A DNA stretch of 64,000 nt from Rhodosorus marinus CCMP1338 (GCA_029953675.1 JAMWBK010000002.1:2666001-2730000); one strand, 5' to 3'. Numbered from the stretch's first letter, positions 24,086 through 37,559 are shown. Numbers and translations are program-made. The notes: generated by a model from the sequence alone, not told the origin.

Positions 24086-27000
24086 TCATGTCTTTCGAAC
24101 CTTTGCTTCTGGAGCCCTCATCTTCCTCAACACTTTCAACTTGAGCTTATTGGAGATTGCACACTCTCTGTTCGGATTAAGCTGCAAAGCCCTGTTCAAC
24201 ATGTGTTCCGCTTCATCAAGGCGTCCTGCGGGCAATCGGGACGGACATTCACAGTTGTTAGAAACAAGTCAAGTCCATCTGAATCAAGAGCTTTTCCATA
24301 CCTATTGAGATATATAATAAGGCAAGATTATTGTACACGACTGAATGCGCCCCTCCGGCAAGCAAACTTTTGTCGTAGGCATCCTGGGCTTCATCAAACT
24401 TCGTCCCCTCCTGTCTCCACAGGTTGCCGAGGTTGTTCCAAATAGTTGCGGCACTGGTAAGTCCTGAGTAGCTCACTTCCTTCCTGTCCATATCCTATGG
24501 TTCCCGCAAGCACAACAAGGAAGTCAGGTATATGGATTGCCTAGCGTGACGGAATTTCAGACTAGTCCTCCCCCTGCTCAGCAACTCACATTCAACCCCT
24601 CCCCGTCCATGATATAGCTCTCTCTGGCCAAAGCAGCCCCCAGCGCCTTGATGTAAGCCTTTTCAGCATCCTCCAATTCGTCGACGAGTTGCGAAGTAAC
24701 GCCCAACGTATTCCAGGCAGCAGGAAGGGTTTCATTACGCGCACAGGCTTGAAGCGCAAACTCCCTAGCAGAGGAATACTCCCCGGAACCAATCTAGGTT
24801 AAATTTCACGAAGCAACCGAGAGCGGAGTATCAGAAGCTGCCCCTCCCCGAAGCGCTCTAGTCTGTTTTCCGCCTAGTCTCCCGATGAAGCTTACCTGCA
24901 GCAGTGAGAGTTGTGACCAAGCCGAAGCGTCGCCTTGACTCTTCTCCAAGGCTTCTACTAATCTTTCCGCCGCTTCCGCTCCGAACGATCGGTTCCCAGT
25001 CTCCTCAATGCTATTCTCATGTCGTAACCTCAGCGCCATACCGAGGGCTGTGCTCGCCGGCGCAGTGCTTAGTTCCCTGGACAACCCACGAAGCCTTGAA
25101 ACAGCGACGTCCAGGGTATTCCTCGCGTTCTGCATGTGTGAAAAAGTTCGATCTCAGCCGCTGGCCAGATGGACAGCAACGAGGTTAAGCCTGGATGGGA
25201 AATGCTACGTACCTTGGCGGATACAGCCTCTGCAACTTTGCTGTTCTCCACGTTCTCCAGGGATACTTGGGAATCAGTGGGGTCAGAGGCGCTCTTCACG
25301 GCTCTAGTCTGAGGACGTCTCGGCGGGGTTTGAGAAGCTGATTCGCTCACGGCCCCGGACGATTCCAATCTTTGTATGTTCTCGTCAGCTCCCCGGCGAG
25401 CCATTATTGACTGTACCAACATAGACATTCTCAACCTATCTCGCGGCACCTACAACATGTTCAATCACACTCTGGCACTTAGGACGGCGGAGAAAAAAAA
25501 ACAAACTTTCTGCGGATTGCACAGGTATCGGTACTAACCACCGCGGTCCTTTCCGCCTCTCTAGCAGCATTTTCCGCCTCTTCGAGCTGGCCTAAACCCG
25601 CCCTCGCGATCGCCAATCTATATCCAAGGTCAAAAGCGCGGTGAGATCGCAGACACAACGAGCAAGCGGTGAGTACATAGAAGAGAACGACGCAACCCAA
25701 GGGAATTCGAGCTGAGTGCACGCACCCACACAGAGCAAACGGCAGACCTCGAGATTCCTTCGTCCCGGATAGAGCATCTTGGAAGAGGCTCGCTGCGTGC
25801 TCAAACATTCCATGTTGCACAAGCAGTACCCCGTAGTTTGATAATGCCTCGACATGTCCTCGGTCTCTGAAATGGACGGCGCAACGCAAAGTGTGCACTT
25901 CAAAATCAGCCTGGGCCGGATACGAAATCTGAGCACAGGCGTTGGAGACTTCTTGACTCACCTTAGCACAACTTCTTGAAAGCAGCGTCTAGCTTCCTTC
26001 TCATTCCCCAAAGCGGACTCAGCCAGACCGAGATTGTTCAGACCGTCGAGATAGTCTGGAAACGATTCTAGAATACTTTTCAAAATTTCTCTGGAGCCCA
26101 TTTCCCCTCCTAGTTCACATACGTAGTTGTGCACGATCGTTGAGGAAGGCCCCTTGGATGCGGAGGACAGCATCCTCAGGGCGTCGTATAGATCAACATA
26201 TACACATACCCTCTAACAAGTGGAGCAATGCCAAAGAATTCCACACGTCTGGCCTTGTCGCGTCTTTGTTGGTCGCCTCCAGGAGCAGCTCCTGGAGGTC
26301 TTTCAGGAGTTTCGATTTTTCATCTGCGCTCGTAAGATTTTCGGCCTGTTATGAGAGCGTTGAACGGATAGCGTGTTCGTGTTTAAGCAATTGGTGAGAT
26401 AGGGCTCAACTGACTACTCCCTCAAATGGCAGTCTTCGTTCGCTTGGTAGGTTAATTAACAAATTGGTTTCCTTACGTCAAGAGAAGATGCGAGGGCTAT
26501 GTGAGTCTGTAATCTCGCAATGTTTCGCTGAAGACCCCTCGGTGGCTCCTCGTGCTTGTAGGAACTGAAACTTTCATTGTACAACCTAGTCCAAAAGCGA
26601 ATAGGAACGGTTGGAATTCGCCTCGGGCACATGAGAAATTATCCCAGCACAGCTAGGTGCACGGATGCGCTTATGAACTTCATGAATTCATTACGGAATT
26701 AACAAGAAAGATGCCATACAAAGCATTTGAAAATATGCTTTCGTTTTGCCTTACCTCATACAATGCTGAAAGGCTTTCAGGGCCTCTGTTCCCTTTCCGT
26801 TTCGGAGAAACATCAAGCCCAGGTGAAAATGTGCTTCCGTGTTCCGCGGCATTCTAGACAAGAATAGCAGTAAAATACACATCCAAAGTCAGTGCAAATG
26901 ACCAACGCATCCTTCATGTGCAAACTCCAGCGTGAGCATAACGAGAGTACCTTTTGCAAGCTCCAATAAGCGCAGACTTCAGTTGCTTGTTCCTCAAGTC

Positions 27001-27126
27001 AGTCCCTAACACAATGCAAAAGGCAAATGATTCAGAGGTTTCCACCATCCCAAAAACCAAACGGACCCTAGATCAGTACTCACATCCATATACGATATCC
27101 TCGTCGGATGGCGGCAGGTCAACCAT
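24086..27126 (-). CDS. Large multi-exon TPR protein
   Basis: TPR motifs MPRNTEAHFHLGLMFL, FPDYLDGLNNLGLAESALG..KEARRCFQEVV, HVEALSNYGVLL, IWNNLGNLWRQ, VVYNNLALLYISIG, GRLDEAEHMLNRALQLNP; stop at 24086-24088. Confidence 0.85.
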
Positions 27127-27200
27127 ATCCTCATAGACATTCTAAGCAAACGACCCAAAAAGAACCTTTAGAACACTTCGATGCAGCCAAAAACAGTACT

Positions 27201-27990
27201 CTATCCTCTTTCGCGAGCCCATTTCAAACGCACATAGTTAATGACATCTACATCGTCGACGTCAGATTCATCACTGGATTCCTTCCTTTCTAAATCTTCT
27301 CCCTCCTGCATGTTTTGCGAGGCTCGAAACGCTATCTAATGAGTCCCTCTTTAAACCAAGACCCTCCCTCGCCTTTCCCTGCCGGAAAATAGAAGCCGGC
27401 TACCTCATCGGGCAGTTCATGGATCCAACAGGACGGAAAACCCTTCCACGGAGGCTCAAGGAAAGGCAACCCGTCGGAAACCCCGGAGAGCACGCACGTG
27501 AACAAAGATATCCTCCCACCTCCGAAAACACTCAAAATCACCTACCAAACCCCACAGGAGCAAATAGCATCGGACACAGAAAACCAAAAGGCAAACTACT
27601 ACTCGGCGGCAGCTCAGCACCTCAAAAACCACAACACCTCCGAAAACGATCTGCCTCACAGTCTTCTTCTCTAGGTCAGATCTAATCACCCCTTCTTCGC
27701 TCACGCCACGGCTCACCTCTTCCCGAATACAGTTACCATCAACAGAGGAGCTTGCAGAAACACCACCAAGCTCTCCTTAAAAGCTACACTTGCGACCCCC
27801 ACTTTTGCCCACAAATCAGAACGTAACATACCCGAAAATCCGTGCTTTCTATTACACAGGCCCGCCTCACTTCCATGTGCTCCAAACCAATTCCATCCTG
27901 AAGCTCTTTCAAACCCCTGCCTTCCATTGAGCATCGACCATCCTCCTCAACGCTTCTCCTACACAATCCCACCTTATAAAAACTTGTCCT
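27201..27990 (-). CDS. Hypothetical spliced protein with acidic C-terminus
   Basis: GT-AG introns; terminal exon reads EGEDLERKESSDESDVDDVDVINYVRLKWARERG*; no family recognised. Confidence 0.3.
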
Positions 27991-28000
27991 GTTGCTCACA

Positions 28001-28052
28001 AAACCCTTTCCATCCAGAGCTCCTTAACAAACCCTTTCCATCCAAAGCTCCT
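28001..28052. repeat. 28-nt period tandem duplication
   Basis: AAACCCTTTCCATCCAGAGCTCCT at 28001 and AAACCCTTTCCATCCAAAGCTCCT at 28029. Confidence 0.85.
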
Positions 28053-28128
28053 CAGCAACCTCTCAATGTCATTCAGAGATGCACTGACAACCCTCACCTC
28101 CTTCACCGAGCAGAGAGGCTGATGCTCG

Positions 28129-28824
28129 GTGAACGTTTTCGCTTATGAAAAACAGGTTCTGGGAGGGAGAAGAGGGATAGGCGTCAATGAAAAACCCGAT
28201 CGATCCCCGGATGTGGTTTTGAGCAACCTCATCACCAACAGATTTCAAAATGTTCGATCAACAGGTGTGAACTACGTCCAGCTTTCTCTTCCAGTTCAGA
28301 TAGGCTCGTCGGAATGGTTTTCGGACCCTTTCTGTTTATTTTTTTTTGGGTCATGTCAGCTTTTTTTTAGGCTCGGGGCGGATGAATTGATTCTCTCCCT
28401 GGAAATCACAAACAGCGATCTAAAGTTCCGTTGGATAGTACAAAAGGCTCTTGGACTAACTGATGGACCAGGTGCTCCTTGGGATGTAAGGTGTGTGTGG
28501 GTGGAGGGGAAGGTTGATGCTGTGGTGCCCCAGGCCGGCGGGGGTTTGATAACGACCATGATAGAGATAAAATGCTCATGGGTCTACGTGGTTCGTTAGA
28601 CGAGCGTATGCCAGGGGCTATGCAGGTACAGACTCGCGAACTTTCGAGTCTAGTCCAGACTAAGTCAGTCCCTCTAGTAGAACGAAGATAACGGTTTCAA
28701 GCGTTTACAAACTAGGACACTGCTATCCGAGTTCTTGTTCGACTATGAAAGGCAACCTTTTCAGCTCCAATATGGCTTTGGGGTCCGAGGATCTCAATCG
28801 ATCCTGAAGGCGTATTTTAGGTGA
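28129..28824 (+). CDS. Hypothetical spliced protein
   Basis: Exon-like segments ELILSLEITNSDLKFRWIVQKALGL, FDNDHDRDKMLMGLRGSLDERMPGAMQ|gtacag and NEDNGFKRLQTRTLLSEFLFDYERQPFQLQYGFG..AYFR*; start uncertain. Confidence 0.35.
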
Positions 28825-28938
28825 TTTACTGCAATATTATTTCCAGATAATGCTAAACTGGAAACGAGTTTTTGTTATTTAGAAAATATTTGAAGATTCA
28901 GGGAAAAGGTTGTCGTTAATCTGTAAATATGGCCAGAT

Positions 28939-29547
28939 TTAGTCATAGTGATCCATGATTGCATTGACTGCTTCCTCCCAGGTGGTCACTCTACGCACAA
29001 GCGGTGGAAGAGGGGAGTCAGTCTGGTTCCATCTGTACAAACCTTTAAGGTCGAATAGAAGCGTTTTGAACCCTGCTTCAGCGCATTGACGAGAGTAGGA
29101 AAGTGAGTCGTCGATCATAAACGATGCTCCAACTTGGCGACAGAGATCGGGCTTGGAGGTCTTCGTCCCGGTCGCCGACCAATTATTTCCGAAGCGAATA
29201 TCACTGAACGTGTTTGGAAAATTCGCATCGATCCACTGCTTTGTCTGCCTCTCAATCACAGTTTGTCTGGAGGTCACGACCACCAGTTGGAAACCGGAGT
29301 CGAGCAACTTCTGTACTCCCTCGTGCGCACCCTCGATCGGTTTGATATTATCAAAATGCCGGCTCTGAAAGAATTCATTCACCTTCTTCTTGCTCTCCTC
29401 CTCCGTTCCACCCCATACTTCCCGAAAGGTGTAGCTGAAGAAGTCGGACGTCTGAAGAAAACTTCCATACGCTTCGTTGTGAAACAAGATCAGCGCCTCA
29501 ACGAATCCTCCCAGTACTTCGTCCAGATCAATTGCGATCGTTATCAT
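28939..29547 (-). CDS. HAD-superfamily 5'(3')-deoxyribonucleotidase-like protein (NT5C family)
   Basis: Motif I IAIDLDEVL, motif II VVTSR, motif IV MIDDS, and K...C..VGA. Possible upstream exons to about 29830. Confidence 0.85.
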   Translation of the reverse strand: MITIAIDLDEVLGGFVEALILFHNEAYGSFLQTSDFFSYTFREVWGGTEEESKKKVNEFFQSRHFDNIKPIEGAHEGVQKLLDSGFQLVVVTSRQTVIERQTKQWIDANFPNTFSDIRFGNNWSATGTKTSKPDLCRQVGASFMIDDSLSYSRQCAEAGFKTLLFDLKGLYRWNQTDSPLPPLVRRVTTWEEAVNAIMDHYD

Positions 29548-30338
29548 ATCACCATCAAGAAAGCTCGTACAATATCAAAACCGCGCTAGCTCACTCAGAA
29601 CTGAAGCAGAATGCAAACCCTCCAGCTCTGCCCTCGATCTCCCAATGCTTTGTGCTTGCCGTTTGCTTGCAGAGAAGGAGATCCGATGGAGGAGGCTGGG
29701 GCTGTGGATGGAATTTTGAACCATCTCCGACTAGCGCGTATAATACACTGAACTGAGTAGAACATAAGGACCTGTAGGGTCCACCCGGCGGACGCGTTAA
29801 CGCTGCTTAAGCTACGTACCTCCATCCATTGGATGGACGGCGGGTCCTCTTAAGCTTGGTTGCCCTTGGCTGGGAGCCCATTATAATCAGAGACGAAGGT
29901 CTGGCTAAAAGCCCCAGCAAGACCGTCGATCTCGTAAGCGCGCGCTTCAATTATTGATAGTGCCGGGTGCACGTCGAAATGTGAGCGATTTTCAATGTTC
30001 CGAATGACTGTTTGTACTGTTGGCAAGGAATTGAGAGAAACTATAAACTCCGCGTGGATTCTTCTGATGAAGTATCCGGCGCTTCGCCTTCTCCTGCTGT
30101 CAGACTGTTCTTTCCTGGGAAATCCACTTCCGTACTAGACGCGTCTGCTCGAGATTTCGTCGCAGCAACCTCAGCCGCGGCCCTTTGTGCGCGGCTGGAG
30201 TGGCTGGGTTGCTGTTTGGGCATCAAGCTCGTGGGTGTTCCTCGTCTGCCGGAAGCTTCTGTAGACCACCGCGGTGTGTGAATCATTTCAGTACAAGATA
30301 TCAGCGCGAAGAGCACGGAGAAAGGAAACCATGGAACC

Positions 30339-31621
30339 TCAAGACTTACGCTCAACCGGACTTGCACCAGCGCTCGCGGGCACTTGACCGGTTCCTGATT
30401 TCGAAGCCGCCGAGGACTGAGTCATCGATTTCCCTGTGTTCGCTTCTACCGTAGGCGTGGCCTGCACGGGCTGCGGTTGCTTTGCTGCTGCCATGTCATG
30501 AGCTGCCTTCTGTATGGTTCTACGGTCAGCTGGTCTCAGCGTCATACTTCCGGTAGTGTTGGCTCGCGCCTTGGGTGATTCTGGAGTTGCTTGTACCGCT
30601 GGGGCCTCGGCGGTCGGTGATATATACGCATATTTCTGTCCCGTAACAGCGCTCTCCACATACCAGACCAGGGCTGGTGCGTGTCCGGGGGGGACCGTAC
30701 CTCCAGGCGCAGGATTCGTAACCCTCGGAAAACTCGGGGTGTCCGCACGAGCTGTATTCGTGGAAGCCCTCATCTGAGAATTCCCCTGGGTTGTCTCCGA
30801 AGGTTTCGCGGTCGCAGCAGACTCTGATTCTTGAATCTCCCTGTGATCCACGCAGTGCATCTTGCTTTGCACGGCGTTCACCGAGCATGACGCTTTCGAC
30901 AAGCACGCGAAATGGTAAATCTTCTCGCAGTTTTCCCGAGCGCATTCCACGGATGCTCGCGGCTCAAGACATTCCTTGCAAATCTATATCAAAGAATAAT
31001 TTGCCGCAAGACGGAGAATACTAGTTAGTCATCGAGGGCTAGAGTTATAGTCGAACACATCAACAACGGGACATGCATTCGTACCTGTCCTGAAGATTTT
31101 TTCACGCTTCCGTCTGTGGTATAAACATCCGAGGACCAAAATAAGCACTGGTCATGAAAATAGTAGGGGTTGGGTGATCCACTCCCTCCATTCTGAAGAG
31201 AAGGACCCAAGAATCGACCGACTTCTTTGCTCTTAGCTGTGCTTGAAGGACATAGCACGCACTCTACGCCTTCTTGAGGACTTGGAGAAGCTGCATGGTC
31301 ATCGTAGAGACTTTCTATAACCTTTACTCTCTGCTTTCGTTCTTCTGCGTTTAGGATCTGCTTCCCAGACCGAGTCCTTCGAAACTGACCACGCTTGTCC
31401 CGCAAATTGTGATAAAAGTTGTCAGATTTTGGATGCGCTTGTAATTCTGGTAGCATGAATCGCACCCTTTCAATGTGAAGCGGGCCCAATTTCACACGTT
31501 TTGCGGGGTTGGCAGGAAGGATATCACCAAGCAACGAATGTGATCTTCCAACTAGCTTGAAAAAGTCCTCCTCACATTGATCCAGCACAACGGACGTAGC
31601 AGAGTCCGGGTTGGTTGTCAT
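30339..31621 (-). CDS. Extended PHD (zf-HC5HC2H) finger protein with low-complexity C-terminus
   Basis: CVLC....RFLGP...YYFHDQCLFWSSDVY, then after an intron ICKECLEPRASVECARENCEKIYHFACL...MHCVDH, giving the C2HC pre-PHD plus PHD pattern of PHF6/PHF7/G2E3-type domains. Confidence 0.8.
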
Positions 31622-32329
31622 CGTCGCTGTTTGCCACTAAAAACAGTGGCGAGCTCGTATCAATCACCAATCCCACTAAAGGTCCGGCGCGATCTGGAAC
31701 CCACCCGAAATTCCTTCAAACGTCGCATCCCATCCACGAGAACACCTGTCCAAACTCACCAGCCAGGCTGACTAAATTCGTCAAATCATACCTTACCAGC
31801 AATTCCCCCCCTGGGCCATCTCCACTTAACCCTCAAATTTCCCTTTTGCCTCTTCACCCTTGTCCTGGATCCCTTATCCTGGATCGCTCCCGGTGATCTC
31901 ACCGCAAAGCCATCGGACAACAACTAAACGAAACTTTGCTCAGATTCAAACTAAACAGCTTTCTTCTACCGATATACATACAGCGCTAGAGTTTAGGACT
32001 TCCAAGCTTGCTGATCGATTCTGATAATTCTGGTCCGTCTTCGAAACTATGTGAGCAAACTTTCCATCCCCAACCCAACGTCAGCATCTTTGGCATCTCT
32101 GATTTGCCCTTCTGAGAATCTAGCCACTCTTCGCTATTATTGTATCTAAATTTGGTTATACTATTGTATTTATAGGGTATATTTACACAAAACTACTCAG
32201 AGAAGGGTTTTAAGGACATAGACGGATTAAAAAGTATACTTTAGGGATCGAACGGGAAGCTCATCTTTCGCGAGTTTCTTTTCAATGTGATTTTGTTTTC
32301 AAGGAACAATTCACTGCTGGTTGGGACGT

Positions 32330-33990
32330 TTTGCTTAGTAAAAGCGGCAGCGCGATGGGTTAGATGTTTGTCTTAGCGGCTGCGAGATGAGGGGTTGTTT
32401 CAACAGCGGTTATCGGCTACCACTTGGAGACTTACCGCAGGAACATGGTCATCTGCTGAAGCATCAGCCTCGCCCAGCGTTTTTGCTTTTTTCTTGGTGA
32501 CGTAGTTTCCTAACATCCATAGAGTTTGCGCTGCTTTCTGAGCCACGGCATGAGGTTCGCGCCAGAAACCCCCTGGGTGCAGCTGCTCTCATCAACGGAT
32601 AGTACGAGACTGAAAACGGTCAACGTTGTGATTAGGAAATGTCTTATGATGGAGGAGCCTTGTACATATCAATTTTGGATGTAGCGCTGAGTTGACACTG
32701 CTTTCGGAAGTGCGATTTGTATTGACCCATTGTGGAGAAGTCAACTCCGAAGTTTCGTACAGGCGTTGAAAGACACTGAAATTCAAGGTTTTTCGTCGAA
32801 AAACGCTGCTCGAGCAGTCCGCAATCACCGGCCCCCCACCTTATCATTCCCTCCCTTTTTGTTGGATGTGCCGTGCTGCTCTACATTGGACGAGCCAGCT
32901 CATGCTCAGATGAGGAAAAGGCTTACTGGAAAACTGTCTCAGAGCCTTTGACCTCTTCAACCAGCCAAAAATGAGAGCAGGGGAAGATATTTTGGAACAT
33001 ATCTTCTGATATAAAGTTTTACGTCGCTTTTTCCTATTCCACGAATTTCTCGATACTTTCCCTTTGCGCATTATTTGCTTTGGTACAGTTAGCCTAGCAA
33101 CGGGAGTATTTCTACCTGGTACAGCCAAGTCACTGAGTCTCTCGGATTCACCGAAGTCTTGGCGAGAGCACGTACTAGTTTTCACATGAGGCCACCTATT
33201 AAGCCAGCCATGAAGTGGCTGTGAAAAGCAGGACGGCTGACTAACTAGGCCGCCGATGATCACAGCCGATTCACCTCGTGCCTTGACAACGTCCCGAAAA
33301 CGAGCAAGCCGGGTTTCTCAAGGGTCCCGCACTTCCTGTTTCTATTTCAGAGCGGGAGGTTTCATTATCGCCAGAGACGAAACCTCTCGCAGCTGCTCGA
33401 GCGACTGTCCCTTGCCTTGATCAACGCCGCTCTCGTTCAAAACGACGCCCCCCAAACTCGTACATCCGGCTGAGGACATGGCTGCTATGCTTTTCCACAT
33501 TATGTTTCCAAGCCATACTGATGATATGCACTGTTCCAAATCCTCACTAGAGCAAACAGTCTACTCCTGTTTACGTAGAGCATAGCTAGGACGGAGTCTA
33601 ACTGTCCCGAACAGTATAGGCCGAACTCCATAAAAAATATCCCAGGGGTGGTGACAGAATTGCTCACGTCCTGTTTTCCGGTCAATTTTCGGCCTGTCTC
33701 GAAACATGTCAAAACTCCTGGCAAGTGAAGAATTGATGAAACTGAAGACACGCAGCACAAGTTACGGATGGCAGGTTTGATATGGAGTATGTGGATAGCG
33801 TCAGGCTGCTGTTCTTACCAGAACGAGTATCGAGGATATGGTGAGTTTTGAGCAGCAATACCGTGGACTTTGATAACCGAGGTCAGGGCTGCCGAACTCA
33901 GATCTTCTTTAGGCATTTCTAGCCTAACGGATTCAAACAAGGGTCTTGAAGGACAGCTTCCCATTGTCTACGAACACTAGGAATGTATCG
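32330..33990 (-). CDS. Possible hypothetical multi-exon gene
   Basis: Open exon-like segments (e.g. EPHAVAQKAAQTLWMLGNYVTKKKAK) and splice-site-like ends; no family recognised. Confidence 0.25.
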
Positions 33991-34152
33991 CTTTGTGAAT
34001 CTTAGGGACTCTACCAGTGGCCTTTTCGGAAAATCTGAGGTTCAGAGCGGACGGAAAACATTACAATAATAATCAAGTTTTAGTTGTCTTGCTCAACTAG
34101 CAGATCTCGGGTCAGTATGAATAGTTAGATTGTGGCTATATATCAACGCTAT

Positions 34153-34764
34153 CTACTCCGGTATTCCACTCAGAATCTTGTCGATCCAGTTTACCGAAGG
34201 TTGCTCGAATACGAGCCCGTAGGCTTCTTCATCTAGTGCGGTGCTCATTTCCGTATAACTCATAGGAGAATGCTCAACTGCATCAGGAATTGTAAAGATG
34301 CCGTTCAAGGATAACGGTCCCGAAATGCCGTCAAGGCTCGGTTGCCAGAGGTCCATTGTTTCGGACATCATGGGGGTCACACATCCCTCGACAGGTTTCA
34401 CAGCCTTGCGAGCTCTTTTCTTGGCCTGAGGTTTCTTTCCGTTTCCAGTAATTCCCTTCTCCCTCACAAGTGCTTGAAACTCATGTGAGCGCTTGTGGGC
34501 TGACATGCTCGACCTCCATTTGAATTGTCGATCGCAGTGGGGCACTGGGCACTTGTACAAATTCAGGGAAGTGTGCAATCTCTCATGTTCTCGCAGAATA
34601 CGGGCACTCGCGAAGTTTTTCTTACATTCTCCACACTTTTGCACATTGACTTTTTTGGGGTGGTGATTGTTCGACGCCTTCGCAACCGGCGCTTGTTCAG
34701 AGCTTTGCGATAGGCTGCTGCTTGACAGCTCGCTTGACCAAGATCTACAATGCTCCTCATCCAT
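34153..34764 (-). CDS. C2H2 zinc-finger transcription factor (two fingers)
   Basis: CGECKKNFASARILREHERLH and YKCPVPHCDRQFKWRSSMSAHKRSH, followed by a basic NLS-like stretch. Confidence 0.92.
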   Translation of the reverse strand: MDEEHCRSWSSELSSSSLSQSSEQAPVAKASNNHHPKKVNVQKCGECKKNFASARILREHERLHTSLNLYKCPVPHCDRQFKWRSSMSAHKRSHEFQALVREKGITGNGKKPQAKKRARKAVKPVEGCVTPMMSETMDLWQPSLDGISGPLSLNGIFTIPDAVEHSPMSYTEMSTALDEEAYGLVFEQPSVNWIDKILSGIPE

Positions 34765-37559
34765 GACTTTCCTTCGTAATCACCTCACGCCTCAACTCAA
34801 TGTCCTCTTCCGTCCGTCCCGAGCAGCTCAACGTTTCAACTCGTTCCTTTCAAGCTCAACCGTAGGCAGATCATCTGTACAAACTTTGTTCACAGCAGTA
34901 TTCAAATTTGCCTTTGCTCAGCAGACTCCCTCTAGCTCTCCAATGTATCTATATATGTATATGTAGACTAGCTCACACTTGGAGTAGCTTTCCCACCACA
35001 TGCAAAACTACCTTTACAGCTCTCCCCAACTTGTCGCCAACATCCCAGCACGGACGCCACAAAGCGAAAACAAATAATTTTTGTTCAAAAGCAGGAAAAT
35101 GACTTCAGTCGAAAACGGACAATGACCCCCCGTGAAATATTGTTACATACAAGACCAATAGACTTTCCGTTCTTATTCCAATATACTTTCTCTTCAAGCA
35201 AAATGAATACATATTTCAATAATATTTTGAAATTCCCAAAATTCGTAACACCTTCAAAAACACCCTGTTTAACGCGAGTGGGGTCGAGCCTTATAAAAAT
35301 AAATGAAAAACGCCAAGGTCCGGTATCTATTTTCAAGAAAATTAGCTTCGAAATGGAGGCAGTATTTTGATTGAGTTTTTAAACAAAAACGAGAAACAAT
35401 AATTTAGGACGTACCGCTTCCAGGGGCCTATCGAAAAAAGTCCATGCCGCTCGCCGTCAGTATCCTTGAACTGTGAAATAATAACCCTCTCTCATCGTTT
35501 TTTAGGTACCGACTCTAAGGGGTTGGGATAGTCTCCGCAGGAAGCCCACAATAACAACCAGAGCGGGGAGTAATTATTTTGAAAATTAGAGCATATTTTA
35601 CAATGCTTACAGCACCCCCTTGATTTCCTGCATTGAAAGGTGTAAAATTGGATTTTGTGTTTGAAAACAAACTAATTGACAACACAGATCATTGAACGAA
35701 ATGGGGGGGAGGGACGACTCAACTTATTACTAGCTTTCGAAAAACTACCCCGGCCTGGCGGGATAGTTTTTTTTTTGTGGAAATAGGTTAGTCGTACTGT
35801 TCAATCTCTGGAGTCGGGTGAAGAACGACAGATACTCCTTATCGATTCAGCGTTGGTGAGTAAAAGTACCTTCCAGTTTCCTTTTCGTTTCTTGTTTTTA
35901 TTTATTATTTGGTCACTTTCCAAGTCCTTCTCTGCAATCGGGATCATTGGGTTTCCTCCATAAAGTCAATTGTAACCACATTTTCGTGCATATTTCTTTG
36001 TTGTCAGGCTGAGCAAACCACCGCCAATTATCGGCATTTTTATTCTTCTCAAACAAGAATTGTTAAATGAAAAAACTATCTTTTGGTCGGGCTGTCTTTC
36101 TCCTTTTTTGCCGACATCGGTCATAAATGTCCGATAAACGAACGGAGCATGATATAGAATAAACGATTAAAAGTGCTTCGTATCTGAAAAAAAACTCTGA
36201 AAAAGCCATCCGATGCAGAATCCGCAACTTAACAGATTTTTTAGATATTCTGCAAACGACCGATTTTCCTTCGTTTTTTATATTATATGAGATAATATTT
36301 GTACTAGGATTTTTATTGGACAAAAGGTGCGACCTAGCGCGATTCTTCTTAGAAAAAAAAAAAGAACATATTTGGATAGGCACGTTGGCGATAGGCGAGG
36401 TTGAGTGAGCAAAAAACCAGGAGGTTTGAGTACAATTCAATTATATTCAAATTTCTCGTACTTGGACCCCGCCTGGGATTGGAAGGACGACCTCGGAAGA
36501 GTAATCAAACAACGGCCTCTAGCTAATGGCTGGTCAAGATCGAGATTCTACGCAATTCAACATTTACTTTGCAAAATAGGCTCCAACCATGCTTTCCTGT
36601 TTCGACTTTTCGTTAGACCGCTGTGCTGGAAGGGGTAACCTGACCAAAAAACAAACGAAATATTTGGATGGCAACGGCAGGTGGGTGAGAGAAGGAGCAG
36701 CAGGGGTTTCATAGCTACATGTAGAGTGTCCCAAGAAAAAATGGGACATTGACAATCAAAGTCAACGAAGCTTATCGATGAACAAAAATTATTTATGACC
36801 AACAGTCAACAAGTAGAATTGATTGAGACTACTGGAGGGTTTTACTTGAATTGCAAAACTAGTTACACCTCAGTTGGACAAGAAGTCAGTCGGTCTACGA
36901 CTTGAAATGATTGCGAATTGTAACGATTTGGAGCTGTTCAATCAAATTCAACCGCGATGGGCTGGCAGAGTGAGCTTGGACAGGAATCTTTTTGTCCCAG
37001 CTCTTTTCAGCGTAGCTCGAAATGTGTGGTTTCTTCTTCCCCCCTTAGCAAGAAGGCAAATCAGGGACCCACGTGATTTCCTGACCTACCCCTCGAAGAG
37101 AGCAACTTTTCTTTCCCCAAATCCATGAATGTATTACAATTTATTGCGACACTAAACTGTTTAGACAGTGTGGATTCAGCTCACAAAATAGATTGATTTT
37201 ATTTTCAATATTTTTAGCACAGAGGAATTTGCTCGAGATCAGTAAGCTATTTGGGGTGTGGCAAAGAATGATCGGCTTTAACTTGATGGATTTTCTTTGT
37301 CACTGTTAACGGACATACAAGCTTGCAAGTGAACAGTTGAGAAGCGAAATATATGTTTGATGGGAGGTCGGGGGGGGGGGGGGTTTTGTAATTCTCTGCC
37401 ATCCTCGCTGTGAAAATGGGTTTCGTGTTTTCGAAATTTATCTGGGGGAGGTGGGGGGAAGGGGCGGAGGATTCGGATTGGTATAATGCCGCTTTTTAGG
37501 CAGGAATTGAATACCAGCAAAAGGGCGTGTTGCATGTCTTCGAACTAGTTTCTTCAATA

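Noticed and set aside
29821-29837. TCCATCCA-T-TGGATGGA palindrome near the putative NT5C first exon
   Set aside because: Short and built from a simple repeat; plausible by chance.
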